5,654 nucleotides of DNA from an uncultured Lachnospiraceae bacterium (GTDB lineage: Bacteria; Bacillota; Clostridia; Lachnospirales; Lachnospiraceae), in assembly GCA_964572475.1 (NCBI GenBank), contig CAZNEZ010000027.1, forward strand, positions 1 through 5,654. The letters are read 5' to 3'. Under the pieces are notes generated by a model that was given only the letters and a program-made list of their open reading frames with translations, was not told the DNA's origin and made no database searches. Each line of letters starts with the position of its first letter. The stretch's first letter is position 1. Both the position numbers and the translations under genes were made by a program. Shown piece after piece: positions 5,633-5,654 of this stretch.

Positions 5633-5654
5633 CTAATGATTATCTATTCAGATT

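Noticed and set aside
1-5654. A novel defence, toxin-antitoxin, mobile or biosynthetic system hidden in the window
   Set aside because: Every ORF of meaningful size matches a familiar family: ABC exporter pair, AraC regulator, Maf, and a signal-peptide protein. The intergenic space totals under about 400 bp. There are no arrays of repeats, integrase or transposase remnants, terminal inverted repeats, tRNA genes or compositional shifts. Claiming a new system here would not be supported by the sequence.

Overview
AT-rich window (roughly one-third G+C by eye, with no obvious compositional break) and Gram-positive-style GGAGG ribosome-binding sites. This fits a low-GC Bacillota/Clostridia-like genome, but the taxonomy is inference only. 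Five genes account for nearly all of the sequence. (1) Minus strand, 1..303: the 5' end of a gene for a small secreted protein or lipoprotein, which runs off the left edge and is absent from the supplied ORF track. (2, 3) Minus strand: a two-gene operon for a heterodimeric type-I ABC exporter made of fused TMD-NBD half-transporters (2258..4015, then 446..2257). The stop and start codons abut directly (TAG|ATG). The motif pattern is the classic asymmetric 'one degenerate ATP site' arrangement. (4) Plus strand, 4240..5055: a divergently transcribed AraC/XylS-family regulator. (5) Plus strand, 5048..5626: a YhdE-type Maf nucleotide pyrophosphatase whose start overlaps the regulator's stop by 8 nt. 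The 224-bp divergent intergenic region (4016..4239) has plausible back-to-back sigma-A promoters and a few short repeats. A perfect 19-bp palindrome straddles the stop codon of the second ABC gene. I see no CRISPR array, RNA gene, mobile element, toxin-antitoxin pair, defence-like cassette or disrupted gene. My honest reading is that this is an ordinary efflux-pump, regulator and housekeeping neighbourhood rather than a novel system. The findings below are modest regulatory and architectural observations.
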